The notes beneath the pieces are model-generated. The model did not search any database. It worked only from the letters and a program-made list of their open reading frames with translations, and had not been told where the DNA came from. DNA of 62,447 nt, filler included, from Chrysochromulina tobinii (lineage: Eukaryota): NCBI GenBank assembly GCA_001275005.1. It is 7 parts of 7 records of this genome, joined end to end, with 100 filler letters (N's around TTAATTAATTAA, not from the genome) between each part and the next. Parts side by side here need not be neighbours in the genome. Positions count along the whole stretch, not along the records: positions 1 to 18,362 come from JWZX01001033.1; 6 more parts are not named here. One strand, 5' to 3'. Each line of letters opens with the position of its first letter. Within the stretch, counting starts at the first letter, position 1. Positions 1-11,912 of the stretch are shown here, piece after piece. A program made the position numbers and the translations under genes.

Positions 1-1953
1 CCTTCTCCGCGGCTTCCTTCGCTTCCTTCGCCGCCTTCTTTCTCTTCCATTCCTCCTCTGCTTCCTTCGCCCACGCTGCTCTCTTCGCCGCTGCAGCTTC
101 CTCCTCTGCTTGAAGCTCTAGCACCTTCTCCGCAGCTGCCTTCGCCGCGGCTGCCTCCTCCTCTGCTTTCAGCGCGGCTGCCCTCGCCGCTAGTGCCTTC
201 GCCACGTCTGCCTCCTCCGCGACTTTCTTCGCCGCCGCTGCCTCCGCCGCCGCTGCCTCCACCGCTGCCTTCTCCGCTGCCTTCTCCGCGGCTTCCTTCT
301 CCGCGGCTTCCTTCGCTTCCTTCGCCGCCTTCTTTCTCTTCCATTCCTCCTCTGCTTCCTTCGCCCACGCTGCTCTCTTCGCACCCGCCATCGCCTCCTC
401 CTCTGCTTGCTGGATCGTCGCCTCTTCGGCAAGCGTCACGGCAAGCTTGCGGGCCTCGTCATATGCCCCCTCGGCCACGTAGAAGCCGAGCGACGCAATG
501 CGCCGCGACTCCTCCTGAGCGTTGCGTGCCTGGTGGCCGCGAACCAGTGACTGCACCTTGAGCGCGGCTGCCTCCTCCTCTGCTCTCAGCGCGGCTGCCC
601 TCGCCGCTTGTGCCTTCGCCACTTCTGCCTCCTCCGCGGCTTTATAGAAGGCAGCCGCTGCTGCCTTCGCCGCGTCTGCCTCCATCGCCGCTGCCTTCGC
701 CGCTGCTGCTTCTGCTGCGGCCGCGGCTGGGACCTCCTCCATCCATAGCGAATCTGCATCTGCATCGTCCAAGTCTGACTCCTCTTCTGCCGCGCGTGCC
801 GCCTCGCGGAGTGCCGCCTCGCGAGCTGCCTCACGCGCGGCCATCTCGGCCGTCACTCGCTGCCGCCTGGCCTCCGCATCGGCCAACAGCCTCAGCCGCT
901 CCTTCTCGGCGTCTGTCTCCTTTCTCACAACATTGCCCCGCTGCACTGCCTGCAGCTTGATTGCGGCAAGTTGCTCTTCTTTGGCCTCTGCGACCCTCGC
1001 CTTGGCGGCTAGGGTAGCTTGGCCCCCAGGGTAGCTTTGCTGCGCCGCCACGACGTCGTGCCGCTGCTTGAGCTTGGCTGTGTACCTGCAGCAGCAGCAG
1101 CAGCAGCAGCAGAGCACAGAGAAGAAGGGGGGCGGCGGTCAGAGCACAGAGGGCACGCAGTTCTGGGCGGCTGGGCCTGTCAAGTGCGCGTGCGATGTGC
1201 TGCGCCCAAGGCTCTGCGGCGCGCATACAGGATGACGCTGCGATCGCTGATCGTCTTGCCATTGAAGTCGGAGGCATTGAGAAGGGGAGGGGCGCCCAGG
1301 AGCTCCTCCGCCGCGTCCAGTGCATATGAGAGAGCACGAAAGGGTTCCATCCGCCTCGCGGCCTCTAGGTCGATGGCGCCGGGCACCGCATCTAGGACGA
1401 TCGCGCTGATGAGGAGGCCGTCGTTGAACATCGTGGACCAGCCGCCGTCGGCTGCGACGCGGTGCTTCTCGCCGACGCTCTTCACCCAGTTGAGCAGCTC
1501 CTGGTGAGTCGTGTCGAACTTGTGGATCTCGTAGCGCAGGATGAGCGTCCACGTCAAGCCGAGCACGAGCGTCTTGTTCCCACCGACCAGATCCTCCGCG
1601 CCAATGCCGACGAGCTTCATGTCGCTCTTCTTGAGCCATGTGAGGAATACATTCTGATTCTCGAGCATCTTGAACAGTTTCCCCTCCGGGTTCTCGTGGA
1701 TCTTGCCGAGGGACGAGTTCGAGAGCACCTCGAGCAGCCGAATGGGGAGCACTCCCGACTTGATGTCCTCAGTCAGATCGTCGACCGAAAGATCGATTTG
1801 CATGAGGTGCATGTTCCACCAGCGCGTAAACACAATTTCCTGGTCGGTCTTCAAGAACGTTCCAAGCGTGTCCGAGGTCGAATTGCTGGACGCCGCGACC
1901 GGCGCCGGATTCTTGCTGGAGCTCGAGGGCTTTTTCCTGAAGAAGGCGCTCAT
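1..1953 (-). CDS. Tandem calponin-homology (alpha-actinin/spectrin-type actin-binding) protein with IQ motifs and A/E/K-rich coiled coil; 3' end off-window; intron 1086-1228
   Basis: QEIVFTRWWNMHL...IGAEDLVGGNKTLVLGLTWTLILRYEI and ELLNWV...DRSVILY motifs. Removing GT..AG intron 1086-1228 gives SVILYTAKL, followed by IKLQAVQRG and LKVQSLVRG IQ motifs and EAAEK repeats. Confidence 0.85.
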
Positions 1954-2252
1954 ATCAACACGCGCTGATGCGAGTACGAGACGCGGGCCAAAAGGACGGC
2001 GCAAGCGAATTACGCATTCAGCAAGGCGGGCGTCGACGAAAGTGCTATTAGAAAACACGGATTAGGAAATATGGGCGACACAGGGCGGCGTTAATGATGG
2101 TGCCAATTGGACGGGTGGATTTGGCAAATCGCCGATATGTCCTCGCCTTGGGGGAAAACAACTCACGGGATCGGGGATGTGTGCAGTGTTGTGTGGGATC
2201 GCCATCGTGCACATAGACATAGCGAGGGAGCGAGCGGAGCTGGTCCGCAGCT

Positions 2253-3674
2253 TTACACAGCACGACACGACACAGGCGCGGCCTCCTCTAGTTCCGAGAG
2301 CGGCTTGCGCTCCTCCTCCTCTCGCTCCTCCTCTTCCGCCGCCGCGGCTGTGCGCAGGTGGCGTCGGTCTCCGAGCACGCCCGACACGACGCCAGATTTA
2401 CTGGCCACTGAGGATGCCTTGGCTGGCAGCGTGCCGATGTCGGATGCCCTCCAGCCCACGCAGATGCACGCGGCCGCTGCTGCTGCTGCGAGGGCGGGGA
2501 GAAGCACCGGAAGCAGCAGCCATGGCGCTTCCTCTTCTTCGGCATCGTCATCGTACTGGCGCAATAGCGCCAGCGGCGTTCGCAGCGGTGAGAACGGCGG
2601 CAACGGTGGCGGCGGCGGCGATGGTGGCGTGAGGCATCGGAGCTCGCGAGCGCACGAGGTCTCCACGTCGGACCGCGCTGGGTGTGGTCCGGTCGACTCA
2701 CACGCTGAGGCTCTTCGCAGGGCGCTCCCCGCCAGCAGCATGCACCGCTCTGGCTGCAGTGCTTCCACAACCGCTGGCACTGTGCCGCTCAGTGGGTTGT
2801 ATGCGACGGACAGGGTGGTGCTCAGTTGTGTGAGTTGCCCTAGGGCATCCGGAAGCGTGCCGGAGAATTGATTGTGGTCGAGGCGCAGGATGGACGCGTT
2901 CACCAGCCAGCCGCCGAGCAGCGATGCTGGCAGCGTGCCGGAAAGTCGATTACCCGTCGCAGTCAGCCCTCGTTCAACGCGGCTGCTGCTGCCACCGCTG
3001 GTGCCGCCGCTGGCACTGCCGCCGCTGCCGCGGCCGTCAACAGGATGCACTGGGCTCATTGCTGCTGCCACGAGGCCCTCCGGTAGTGTACCACTCAGGC
3101 GCAGCCCATCCAGAGCCATCAAGCCGCCTACCGCACGCGCAGAGAATAAGGCACTCGGAATGGTACCGGAGAGCTCGTTGCTTGCCAGGATCAAATCGCC
3201 CGCCAGGCCGAGGTTGGCCAACGCTGCAGGGATGGTGCCCGTGAGGTGGTTGCCGTCGAGCTTGAGCGATGCGATTGCGCCGCTGCCCAGGGTGCAGCGC
3301 TGTACGCCGTACCAACTGCCGTCATTGGCTGGCGAGCACACCACGTCACTCGGTGAAGCTGGCGCATCATGCCCCCCTGCCTCCGCTTCCGCGTGCCCCA
3401 GCTTTGCGAGCTTGCGGCCGCAACCGGCATCTGGCGTGACCGTACCATCGTTACAACGACCGCATGGATGTTTGCCATTTAGCCAGTTTTCACGGCGCTT
3501 CCACGACGAACCACTCGTGCTCTCATAGAGCTGTTCCAGCGCGGCAAGGACCTCGGGCAACAGCGGCTGCAGCGGAGGGGGCGGCGGCGATGGGTTGCCT
3601 GTGTTCTCGCCGTCGGCTGATACGGGCCGCGCGTCGAGCAGCAGCGCACAGATGGCTGTACACACCAAGCGCAT
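2253..3674 (-). CDS. Secreted/membrane LRR receptor-like protein
   Basis: Signal peptide; ALEQLYESTSGSSWKRRENWL LRRNT cap; plant-type LxLxxNxLSGTIP repeats; C-terminal hydrophobic helix. Confidence 0.85.
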   Translation of the reverse strand: MRLVCTAICALLLDARPVSADGENTGNPSPPPPPLQPLLPEVLAALEQLYESTSGSSWKRRENWLNGKHPCGRCNDGTVTPDAGCGRKLAKLGHAEAEAGGHDAPASPSDVVCSPANDGSWYGVQRCTLGSGAIASLKLDGNHLTGTIPAALANLGLAGDLILASNELSGTIPSALFSARAVGGLMALDGLRLSGTLPEGLVAAAMSPVHPVDGRGSGGSASGGTSGGSSSRVERGLTATGNRLSGTLPASLLGGWLVNASILRLDHNQFSGTLPDALGQLTQLSTTLSVAYNPLSGTVPAVVEALQPERCMLLAGSALRRASACESTGPHPARSDVETSCARELRCLTPPSPPPPPLPPFSPLRTPLALLRQYDDDAEEEEAPWLLLPVLLPALAAAAAAACICVGWRASDIGTLPAKASSVASKSGVVSGVLGDRRHLRTAAAAEEEEREEEERKPLSELEEAAPVSCRAV

Positions 3675-3731
3675 CAACACTTATAGTCTCGCACGAAGCC
3701 ACTCGTTCGTGGACTTTTGTTTCGAAAAATA

Positions 3732-5993
3732 ATGGGTTTCGAGCGCGCGCGCGGAGTGTTGGGCGTCTTCGAAGAGCACGGGAGGTTTTGCCTCGCGTAC
3801 CGAGAAACACCGAGGTCGAAAGGAGATCTCGTCATCTTGGGAAATGCAATCACGTCAAGCCGTCTCGCCGCCAGTCTCCTCGCGGCGCTGCTCGTGCCGA
3901 GCGACGCCGCGGCGGACACGCGACCAGCGTTGACCGCCGTGGTACAGCACGACTCAGCTGCCCATCACGCCGCCTTGGAGCGCCTCAAGGAGGCTTCGAG
4001 AGTTGTGCGTGAGGCAGCACGCGAGGCAGAGGCTGCCAAGCGGCGCCTGCACAGGGCGCGCGAGGCGGCACACTCGGCGCGCGATGAGCTTGAGAATCAG
4101 CGCGAGGTCATCCAATTGGCCGCGCGCTCGTCCACCGCCGATGCTCTGCTCGCGGAACACAAGCGCGAGCTGCGCACAGGGCGCGCAATCGTGCTCAGCT
4201 GTCTTTTCTTCTTCACTTTCTTCAACGGCGTCGCACGGCGCTCGCTGAGCAGCGCTACCCCGTCGTTGTTGGCTGAGGGGCTGCTGACCGAGGAGCAAGC
4301 GAAAGAGATCTTCAGAGTCGGCTTGTATGCCAACCCACTCGGAAAATTCATCAACCTGGTCTTGACCATTGGGGTTGGGCTGAGGCCGCGCTGCTCGATC
4401 TTACTGCAGATGACGATCATGATGTCGAGCTGCGTGGCGTACCTGGCGGTGCCCGCGTCACCTGCCGTGCAGCTCTATGGCTGGGTGGCCTTGCGCGCCT
4501 TCAGCGCCATGGCGACCTCGGCGATGCTCCCCTTTGTGGGCGCGTGGTTCCCGCGGGCCTTCTACGGGCGTCTCTTCGCGGTCCTCTTCGCCGGATTCCA
4601 GCTGGGCGCCCTGACGAGCTCGTACTTGTGGCAGCACCTGCTCTTCGAGGGCAAGCTGCACTGGCGCGTGCCCTTCACGCAGTGCGCCGTGGGCTTCGGG
4701 CTGCTCCTCGCTGTGTGCGCGCGCTGGCTGCGTGAACGGCCGCCACCCTTGCCCGCTGGCGCAGGCGCTGCTTCGGAAGGAATGTCGATGGGCGCGCTAG
4801 GCACACTGCGGCCCTCGTCCGGCGCCGAGCTGGGCGCGCTGCTGCACAAGGTCACCACACGATGGGTGTTCTGGGCGATGCTCCTCGCAGTCGCCTCGTA
4901 CACTCCCGCCGTCGAGTACTCGTCGCACGTGACGTCCTACCTCAAGGAGATGTCTTCGAGCGTCGACCTTGGGCGCTCGTCGGGCATTGTGTGCCTGCAG
5001 TCCACAGTGTGCGAGGGGCGCTTCCGCGGCTACGTCTCCTCGTACGTGGTCGCCCTGCTCGTGGGCTCCGTCCTATACGACCGCGCGACGCAACTTGACC
5101 GAGCTTTCCTCGTCGTCGGGCTGCTCCTCGTGAACGTGGCGTCCTGGCTGGCGCTGACGCTCGCGGAGCCGTATGCGCCCGCGGGAGCCTCGGTGCGCCA
5201 AGTCGCGAGTGAAGTTGGCAGCCCGACCGTCTCGTGGCTCGAGCGGATTTTCGGGGGTGCTGCAAGTCTCCCGTGGAGGCACGCCTCGGAGAACGTTCCG
5301 GCGGCTGTGAACGTTCCGGCGGCTGTGAAGCCGTTCCTCATGCTGAGCGGGCCGACCAAGACGGCGCTTGCGTCGCTCGCTGGAGCGACGATCGCGCTTC
5401 CCTCGTCGCTACCGTTTGCGCTCTTCTCGCTCGACTTCGGCAAGGAGGGTGCCGCCACCCTCTCGGCCCTGCTCTCAATCGGAGGCTCCGTCGCCTCCCT
5501 TACCTTCACGCGCCTCTTCACGCGCCTGCGCCGTGAACGGCTGCTCGGCGGCTGGTTCGAGGCGCACGCGGCGCTCGCGGCGCTAAGCTCGGTGGCCTCG
5601 CTCTTGATGGCGACCATCATGTTCTCAGACTCGCGCAAGTTCGCGAAAGGCTACATTATCCGCTCGTCCCTGCTCAACGAGACGGTCGTCACGATGCACG
5701 CGTGCACGCACCGGTCGTGTGCCATGATTCCGATGTGGCGGCCCGGGCAGCGCCGGCCGTGGGGCCCACTAGCGGGTGCGCACCTCAAGCCCCACGCACC
5801 CACCAGCCTGTGCCATCACTGCGGGCGCGGCGACGGGCTCGTCGAGTGCTCGGTGTATGAAGCCGCTGCCAACGCCGCGGTGGCCACGCCCTTTGACATG
5901 TGCGGCGAGTGGATTCGCGCCGAAAAGCCCTTGCGCAAGCCCCGCGGCGGCTGGGCCTTTGCCAACGACCCGGTGCGCTTCCCGCTAGCCTGA
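3732..5993 (+). CDS. Major facilitator superfamily-like transporter
   Basis: Many hydrophobic helices; VGAWFPRAFYGR and GSVLYDR loop motifs; N-terminal coiled coil. Start uncertain. Confidence 0.7.
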   Translation: MGFERARGVLGVFEEHGRFCLAYRETPRSKGDLVILGNAITSSRLAASLLAALLVPSDAAADTRPALTAVVQHDSAAHHAALERLKEASRVVREAAREAEAAKRRLHRAREAAHSARDELENQREVIQLAARSSTADALLAEHKRELRTGRAIVLSCLFFFTFFNGVARRSLSSATPSLLAEGLLTEEQAKEIFRVGLYANPLGKFINLVLTIGVGLRPRCSILLQMTIMMSSCVAYLAVPASPAVQLYGWVALRAFSAMATSAMLPFVGAWFPRAFYGRLFAVLFAGFQLGALTSSYLWQHLLFEGKLHWRVPFTQCAVGFGLLLAVCARWLRERPPPLPAGAGAASEGMSMGALGTLRPSSGAELGALLHKVTTRWVFWAMLLAVASYTPAVEYSSHVTSYLKEMSSSVDLGRSSGIVCLQSTVCEGRFRGYVSSYVVALLVGSVLYDRATQLDRAFLVVGLLLVNVASWLALTLAEPYAPAGASVRQVASEVGSPTVSWLERIFGGAASLPWRHASENVPAAVNVPAAVKPFLMLSGPTKTALASLAGATIALPSSLPFALFSLDFGKEGAATLSALLSIGGSVASLTFTRLFTRLRRERLLGGWFEAHAALAALSSVASLLMATIMFSDSRKFAKGYIIRSSLLNETVVTMHACTHRSCAMIPMWRPGQRRPWGPLAGAHLKPHAPTSLCHHCGRGDGLVECSVYEAAANAAVATPFDMCGEWIRAEKPLRKPRGGWAFANDPVRFPLA

Positions 5994-6563
5994 AGTCCCC
6001 GGTGCTGCGACAGCGAGTTAGATGGGCCGAGAGTTTGCTGATAGTAGAGTGTGATGCAAGCCGCCGAGATTGTGTGCGGCTATCTCAGAATCTCCGAGCT
6101 ACTACGAGAAGTTCGGATTTTGTATGGGTAATTAAAGGCCGCATCGCGTTTCGTCGCGTACACCGTATAATGTGCTATGTCGATCGGTGTTCGAGACCCC
6201 ACCCTCCCTAACCTTCCCGGAGGACGGGATGGACGAGTCGAGTATCGAAATTCGACGATCCGGAACGACACAGCTCACAGGTGAGCCGAGCGGCGTCGCG
6301 AGTCGCACCCCGGCGGTAGTCAGTCTTGCGTTGAGTCGTCAAGTCGACGGGCTCTCTCCTGTGTTGTCCCCCGTCCGCTGCGTGTCATGCAGCGTGTAAT
6401 GTCCCTCCCAGCTCTCTCTCGTCCGCGGATCGCTCTCGTCTACGCAGCCCGCTGGGCTCTCAGCGTCTTCCTCTCGCTCGTCTCACCCGTTCCGTCAGCG
6501 CCCGCTCACCCGTGTGCCTCGTGCCGGCCATGTCGCACAGCCGCTTCCAAGCCGCTCAGGCAG

Positions 6564-8558
6564 TCAGCACGCGAACTCGTCGGCAGGCGGCAGCATCTGC
6601 GCGTCGGCGGCGCCGTCGTGCCCCTCGGCGCTGAAGAGCTCAAACCACTCGTGCCCGAGGGGGCTCATCCGCGCCGACGAGGACCGTCGGGTCGGCGGGT
6701 TCGGTGCCTGATGATCTTCGTCTTCGTCCTCGTCGCGTTCATGGCTGCGCGAGCGGTCGGTGCCGATGCCACCGTCGACATCTGCCTCTACATCGTCGCC
6801 ACCCCGAGGCCTCGAAGGCGGTGATCTGCCTTGCGAGCTGCCGCCACGGCGCTCGTCGCGCGGGGCCCCGCCGCGCGAGCCGCCGTTGCGTGAGAAGGCG
6901 CTCGAGACGGCGCGGAGCGGCGGCGTGGCCATGGAGAGCTCGCCGTCGAAGATCGAAGAGCGAGGCGCTGTCCACTGGCTGAGACGCGAGGCGCGCGCCT
7001 CGAGTGACCCGCCGCACGGGCTGCCGCAACCGCTTGCCCCGATGAGCCACAATGACGGATCCAGAAGTGGCGACGCGGGTGCCGCCGCGCACGCGGCCGC
7101 CGCCGTCGCACTCGCCGCCAGATCGTCGAGCGGCTGGCGCTCGCGCAGCGGCGGGCGAGCTGGCGGATGTGCTCGGCTACGCGATGGAGACTGCGGCGGG
7201 CGTGACGGCGGCGGGCGCAAGGAAAGCAGCGGCTGGCTGGCGGTCTCGCACGCGGTGCGCCTGCTCGACGATGTCGAGGAGCTCGTCGCGCGCACGGCCG
7301 CGGTAGCACTGTACGCGACGAGCGGCGGCGAGGGCCGCCGGCCGCGCCCGCTGTCACAGCCGCCGCCGCGTTCGCCGCCGCACCTCTCGTCCTCATGCTC
7401 CTCGTCCTCTTCGGCAGAGTCCTCCACGCCGTCAGAGTGGCCGCCATCGCTCGAGCTGCGCGCCGACGCGCTGCCCGAGTCGCTCCACGCGTCTAGCGCG
7501 GCCGCACACACGATGCCACTCGAGCCGAGGAAGAGCTGCACGTCGCGCGTCTCCACGTCGCACGCGATCGTGTACGCCGCGTGCTCCGTCTCACCGTCGT
7601 CGCCGCCCTCGTTGTCGCCGCCCTCGTCGCCGCCGCCCTCGCCGCCGCCGCCCTCGCCGCCGCCGCCCTCGTCGCCGCCGCCGCTGCGCTCGCCGCTGAA
7701 CACGCCCGACGGACCAGCTCCTCGCGCATCGGAGCGGGCAACGCGCATCGGGCGCGGCGGCAGCGAGAGTTGCTGGAAGGCGGTGTCGCCGAGGTAGTGC
7801 ACGAGCACGCGCTTGATATCCGCCTCGTCGCGCCCCACTTCGCGCAGGTACATCTCGTGCCGCACGAGCAGCTCGGCCGGGTCAGCGGCCGCCATGCGCT
7901 GGCGCACGAGCCGATTCTTGGCGAGTGCCTCAGCTTGGAAGACCGCCTTGCGCGCCGGTGGCATCTCGCCCCAGGCCTTGCCCAAGGCCTTCTTGAGCTC
8001 GTACGAGGTGGGGCTGCCGCCCAGCGACGCCTTGATCTCGGGAGTCATGGAGCGCTGGAAGATGAAGAAGGGCTTCTCGAGCGGAGCCGCGAGCGCGGCC
8101 TTCGTGCGTCGTGCGCAGTAGAAGCGCATGAGCTCCGTCTTGCCATCGCGCAGCATGCGGCTTGACGCGTTCTGCGTCGAGCTCGGCACCCAGTCTAGCC
8201 CGTCCACCAGCTTCGGCCGGCGGTCAGTAGGGTGGCGCTTCTCGACAAATATCCAACCAAACTTGGGGTAGCGCATGCTGCCGACGGGCAACTCGGGATA
8301 GCCGAAGCCGGCCGGATCTCGCAGGATACGCGCGTACATCTCGTCCGAGAGCTGGAAGGGGAAGAAGGCGGGAGGCCGCCAGCGGCCAAAGGCGCTGGTC
8401 GGCTGCACACTCGAAATCTTCCAGCTCGGAGGCGTGGAGCTGGCTCGGCGTCTGCGCAGCGCGACAGTGGAGACCACGTCGTCGACGGCCGTGCTCTCGT
8501 CGTCGACGGATGCGGCGGTGTTGGCGCCGGCGGTCGCTGAGCGCGTGCGCGTCGTCAT
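6564..8558 (-). CDS. Putative transcription factor: CG-1 (CAMTA-type)-like domain with embedded HMG box, low-complexity tail
   Basis: DGLDW...MRFYCA...VLVHYL (CG-1-like) surrounding PFFIFQRSMTPEIKAS...ALGKAWGEMPPARKAVF (HMG box). Confidence 0.6.
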   Translation of the reverse strand: MTTRTRSATAGANTAASVDDESTAVDDVVSTVALRRRRASSTPPSWKISSVQPTSAFGRWRPPAFFPFQLSDEMYARILRDPAGFGYPELPVGSMRYPKFGWIFVEKRHPTDRRPKLVDGLDWVPSSTQNASSRMLRDGKTELMRFYCARRTKAALAAPLEKPFFIFQRSMTPEIKASLGGSPTSYELKKALGKAWGEMPPARKAVFQAEALAKNRLVRQRMAAADPAELLVRHEMYLREVGRDEADIKRVLVHYLGDTAFQQLSLPPRPMRVARSDARGAGPSGVFSGERSGGGDEGGGGEGGGGEGGGDEGGDNEGGDDGETEHAAYTIACDVETRDVQLFLGSSGIVCAAALDAWSDSGSASARSSSDGGHSDGVEDSAEEDEEHEDERCGGERGGGCDSGRGRRPSPPLVAYSATAAVRATSSSTSSSRRTACETASQPLLSLRPPPSRPPQSPSRSRAHPPARPPLRERQPLDDLAASATAAAACAAAPASPLLDPSLWLIGASGCGSPCGGSLEARASRLSQWTAPRSSIFDGELSMATPPLRAVSSAFSRNGGSRGGAPRDERRGGSSQGRSPPSRPRGGDDVEADVDGGIGTDRSRSHERDEDEDEDHQAPNPPTRRSSSARMSPLGHEWFELFSAEGHDGAADAQMLPPADEFAC

Positions 8559-9315
8559 CGATCCACGGAGGCGGAGGCGGAGCGGCTGGCTGCAGGCCGA
8601 CCCCGACTAGACTCCGATGTGTGCTCGCCTTCGACCGTAGAGCGCGTTTGCGGGCGCCCGCAGAGCCAGCTAGGGACGGCGCTAACGACAACACCAGCCC
8701 CAGTACGTCACAGCCTTTCGAGACTCTGCATACTCACACCCGGTCACGAGAAATATGAGAAACACATGCACACGATCACGAAACGCACAGCATTCTACTA
8801 ACCCGCTCCGTCGCGCGCGGATCGTACGATTGGTCGTGCGCACATGGGGCGGCTGCGACCCCCTGCTTCCGTTGCTTGCCAGAAGTCCGGCCATCCTCGA
8901 GCACCTTCTTGCCAGACATACGCCCGTAGCCCTCAGGCCACGCACACACACAAGCTTCACAACGCCCCACTCGCACACGCCGTACGGCGGTCGATGGGGC
9001 CTGCCTCCAAGAGCCTCCGCACGTACCTACACCACGCGCCGCCGGAGCCATGCGGCCGCCTCCTCTGCCCGCTTGGCCGGGGGGTTTGGCGGCGTCCTCA
9101 TATGCACACAGTTGGCGGCACGGGCGCCGCATGCCCCCGCCTCGTGGAGCGCCCGCGCCCTTCACACCCCTCTGGGGGCAGCCGCGCCAGCGGAGGCGCC
9201 CAACGCTCCCTTCCGCCACGGCGAGACGGGCAGTCGGACCGGCTGATCTCGGAGTGATCAGGAGCGGAGGAGGAGGGCGATTGCCGCGCCCGCGAGGGGC
9301 GCTCTAGGCGGCCCT

Positions 9316-10699
9316 CTAGACGAGGGGTGTGCCCGTCATCGAGATCTGAATGCGAAGGAACCATTCGATCATCGTGAGCGGCAGCAGCACGATGTTGAGC
9401 GGGAAGGGCAGTGAGAAGCCGTTGAAGAACTGGAAGGAGAAGCCGAGGGCGGCAAGCGAGTAGCCAATGGCCTCGTCTAGGAAGGACTCGTTCGGATCGA
9501 AAGGGCTGGTCGGATCGTTCGGATCGACCCTGGCGATCGGGAAAGGCAGTTTGTCGATGTAAGGCACGCCGTCCTCCGTCTTCTTCTGCTGCAGGAACTC
9601 GATGAGAGCCTCGGCGAACATCCGGCCGCCGCGCAGGCCCGAATAGAAGGCCGACACGATCATCTGGAGGTACCAGGCGAAGACGACAGCGAGGAAGGTG
9701 AGCGCCGTCTCGATGAGCGTCTCCGTCCAGTGCACGAGCTTCGGCCCGATGGCCGCGGTGAGCATGGGAGCAAAGGTGCGCACGATGGGGAACTTGCACA
9801 TCTCGACGATGCCAAGCGCGAAGGCCGTCGTGCGCGCGAACTCAAGCCGCAGCGTCGCGAGCACCGCCAGGTACGCTGTGAAGAGGGCACCCCACGCCTC
9901 CTGAAGCTTCTTTGGATCCTTGACGACCGACATCGCAAGGAACAGTTTGTGCTGCGCGAGCGCCGCCGGGTCCATCTGGTCGACGTCGGCGATGCCGTCC
10001 TTGTTCGCATCCACCTTGTCGTCCTCCTCGTTTGCCGCCACGATGAGCTTCACCTGCAGACACATCCACGGGCTGGGTGTCACGTGGCTGTCCAGCCGAG
10101 AAGGGCATGCAGCGCCACGTGGGAGAGGGAGTCGACTGTCCGTCACGGGAGGGCCACAGCCACGCCGCAGCACGGATCTGCGCTACAGCACGGGCCGCGC
10201 CGCACGGCCCCTTGCCTCGCGCCGCCGTGCTTACGCCGCCGGCCGGCGTGCGTTCGTCGGCGCGCACCTGACTCGAGATGACCTCGATCTCGGTGTAGAC
10301 CTTCTGGCCACCAAATTGGCGGAAGGCCTCGATGGCGGCAATGGAGGCGACATACGTGCCACCGAAGAAGCAGAGCGCAATGCCGAAGATCATCTGGACG
10401 ACCGTCCTCGGGGCCATGCTCACGTAGTAATAGATCCAGCTGTAGGCCCACATGTACCACGGCCAGACGAACTGGACACCACGAATCACTGCCGTGACAG
10501 CCGGCTTGCACGCGCCAATGCAGCCAGCGGCTTGCGGGTTGAAGGCCTCGGCCTGACTCTGCACCGCATCAATGTACTTGTTGATGCGCGACGCGTCCGT
10601 AAGCTTCGTCGATGGCATCTCGGGCGGGGGCAGCGGAGCAGGCTCGGGCAGCCCCATCGCCGCGGGGCCTCCTTCCTCAAGTTTTTTGTAACCCGACAT
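9316..10699 (-). CDS. Multi-pass membrane protein of unknown function; intron 10054-10267
   Basis: Two ORFs join via a GT..AG intron (VISSQ|VKLIV); several TM segments; DANKDGIADVD EF-loop-like motif. Confidence 0.75.
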
Positions 10700-11004
10700 C
10701 CTGTGGTTGCGCAAGAAATGCGACGGGTGAACGATGGCATGGGCATGTGGGCTGCGCGCGCGCGCGCGCGCGCCGCGCCGCCGCCGCACGCTGCGTAGTT
10801 GATTCGCACCCGCCGATGTCCTCCAGGCAGAATCTTGTGGACAGGGAGCAGACGAGGCGCTCGACAAGGCGCTTTTCGATACATGTACATGTATGTAGCC
10901 ATCAATTTCTGGCCATAGGAAAGCCGTTGGAGGATGGCGGTGCTGGTTCACGACGTGTCGCCTGTGATTTTTTCATTCACACACATTTGCTCATCCATGC
11001 CGCA

Positions 11005-11457
11005 ATGCTTTTAGCACGACGCTCGCTCGCCTCGGCCCTCTTGGCCATCTGCTCGCAGAATATCGTGCTGATGCTGCCTGCGGATGCTGCCAGCGAGAAT
11101 GCCATGAGCGAGAGTGAGCAGCTCATTGCCGAGCTGCTACGTCGAACGGAAGCCAACAAGGAGCGCAATGCTGCCGGAGTGAAGCGAACAACAGAGGCCA
11201 ACGCCTTCACAGCCTATGACGGCACTCTGGATAAGCGCCTTGTGACGGGCCTGGACGGAAGTAATCGATACGTAGATGGAGCGACCGTGCGAGAACTCAC
11301 GCGGCGGCGGCGCCTCGCCTGCGCTCCGTCGGTCATGGAGCCGTGCAGGGAGGTCGAGCCGGTGTACAATGATGCTCCACCGTTGCAGTTGCCCGAGATC
11401 AAGGCGCTCAGATGTGACGCCGACGGACGGAATTGCACTTTTCGGAAGTCTCCATGA
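11005..11457 (+). CDS. Small targeted protein, possibly thylakoid-lumenal
   Basis: RRSL + hydrophobic stretch + ADA cleavage-like site; four C-terminal Cys. Confidence 0.5.
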   Translation: MLLARRSLASALLAICSQNIVLMLPADAASENAMSESEQLIAELLRRTEANKERNAAGVKRTTEANAFTAYDGTLDKRLVTGLDGSNRYVDGATVRELTRRRRLACAPSVMEPCREVEPVYNDAPPLQLPEIKALRCDADGRNCTFRKSP

Positions 11458-11912
11458 GGCACATGCCATGATGCGGGCAAGGCGGATGACGTGTGAATTT
11501 GTGATCTAAACTTCTGGAGATGTGGTAGCAGTCTTCAACGTTCAACCGGTCAACGCGGTATAGAAGAACTTCGTGAAGCAAAACCACCGTTCATAAAGTT
11601 ACAAGGTCCCTTCCCAGTTCCCACGCAATTATGCACATACACGTGCAGCCAGTCGAGGGGCCGCACGCAGCCTCTCCCCGGCGATCCCGACTTCGCCGAC
11701 GCGCGACGGCGACGTCGGGCCCCACCCAACGCCCACACGGCCACAGCACCCAGCCGCGCGCTCGGCTCACCGGCTTACGCGCACTCGCGTCGACTCGAGT
11801 TCATACGATAACGCGAGCACCCTCGAATAGATGCACCGTACAACGATCCACCCCCCCGGGATGGGGCACGATGGACGGGCGCAACCGCATCGCGCAGGTC
11901 TCAGTGCACTCC

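Noticed and set aside
190..1639. Many overlapping R/P/A-rich ORFs here and throughout the window
   Set aside because: Shadow frames of real genes in very high-GC DNA; no domain motifs.
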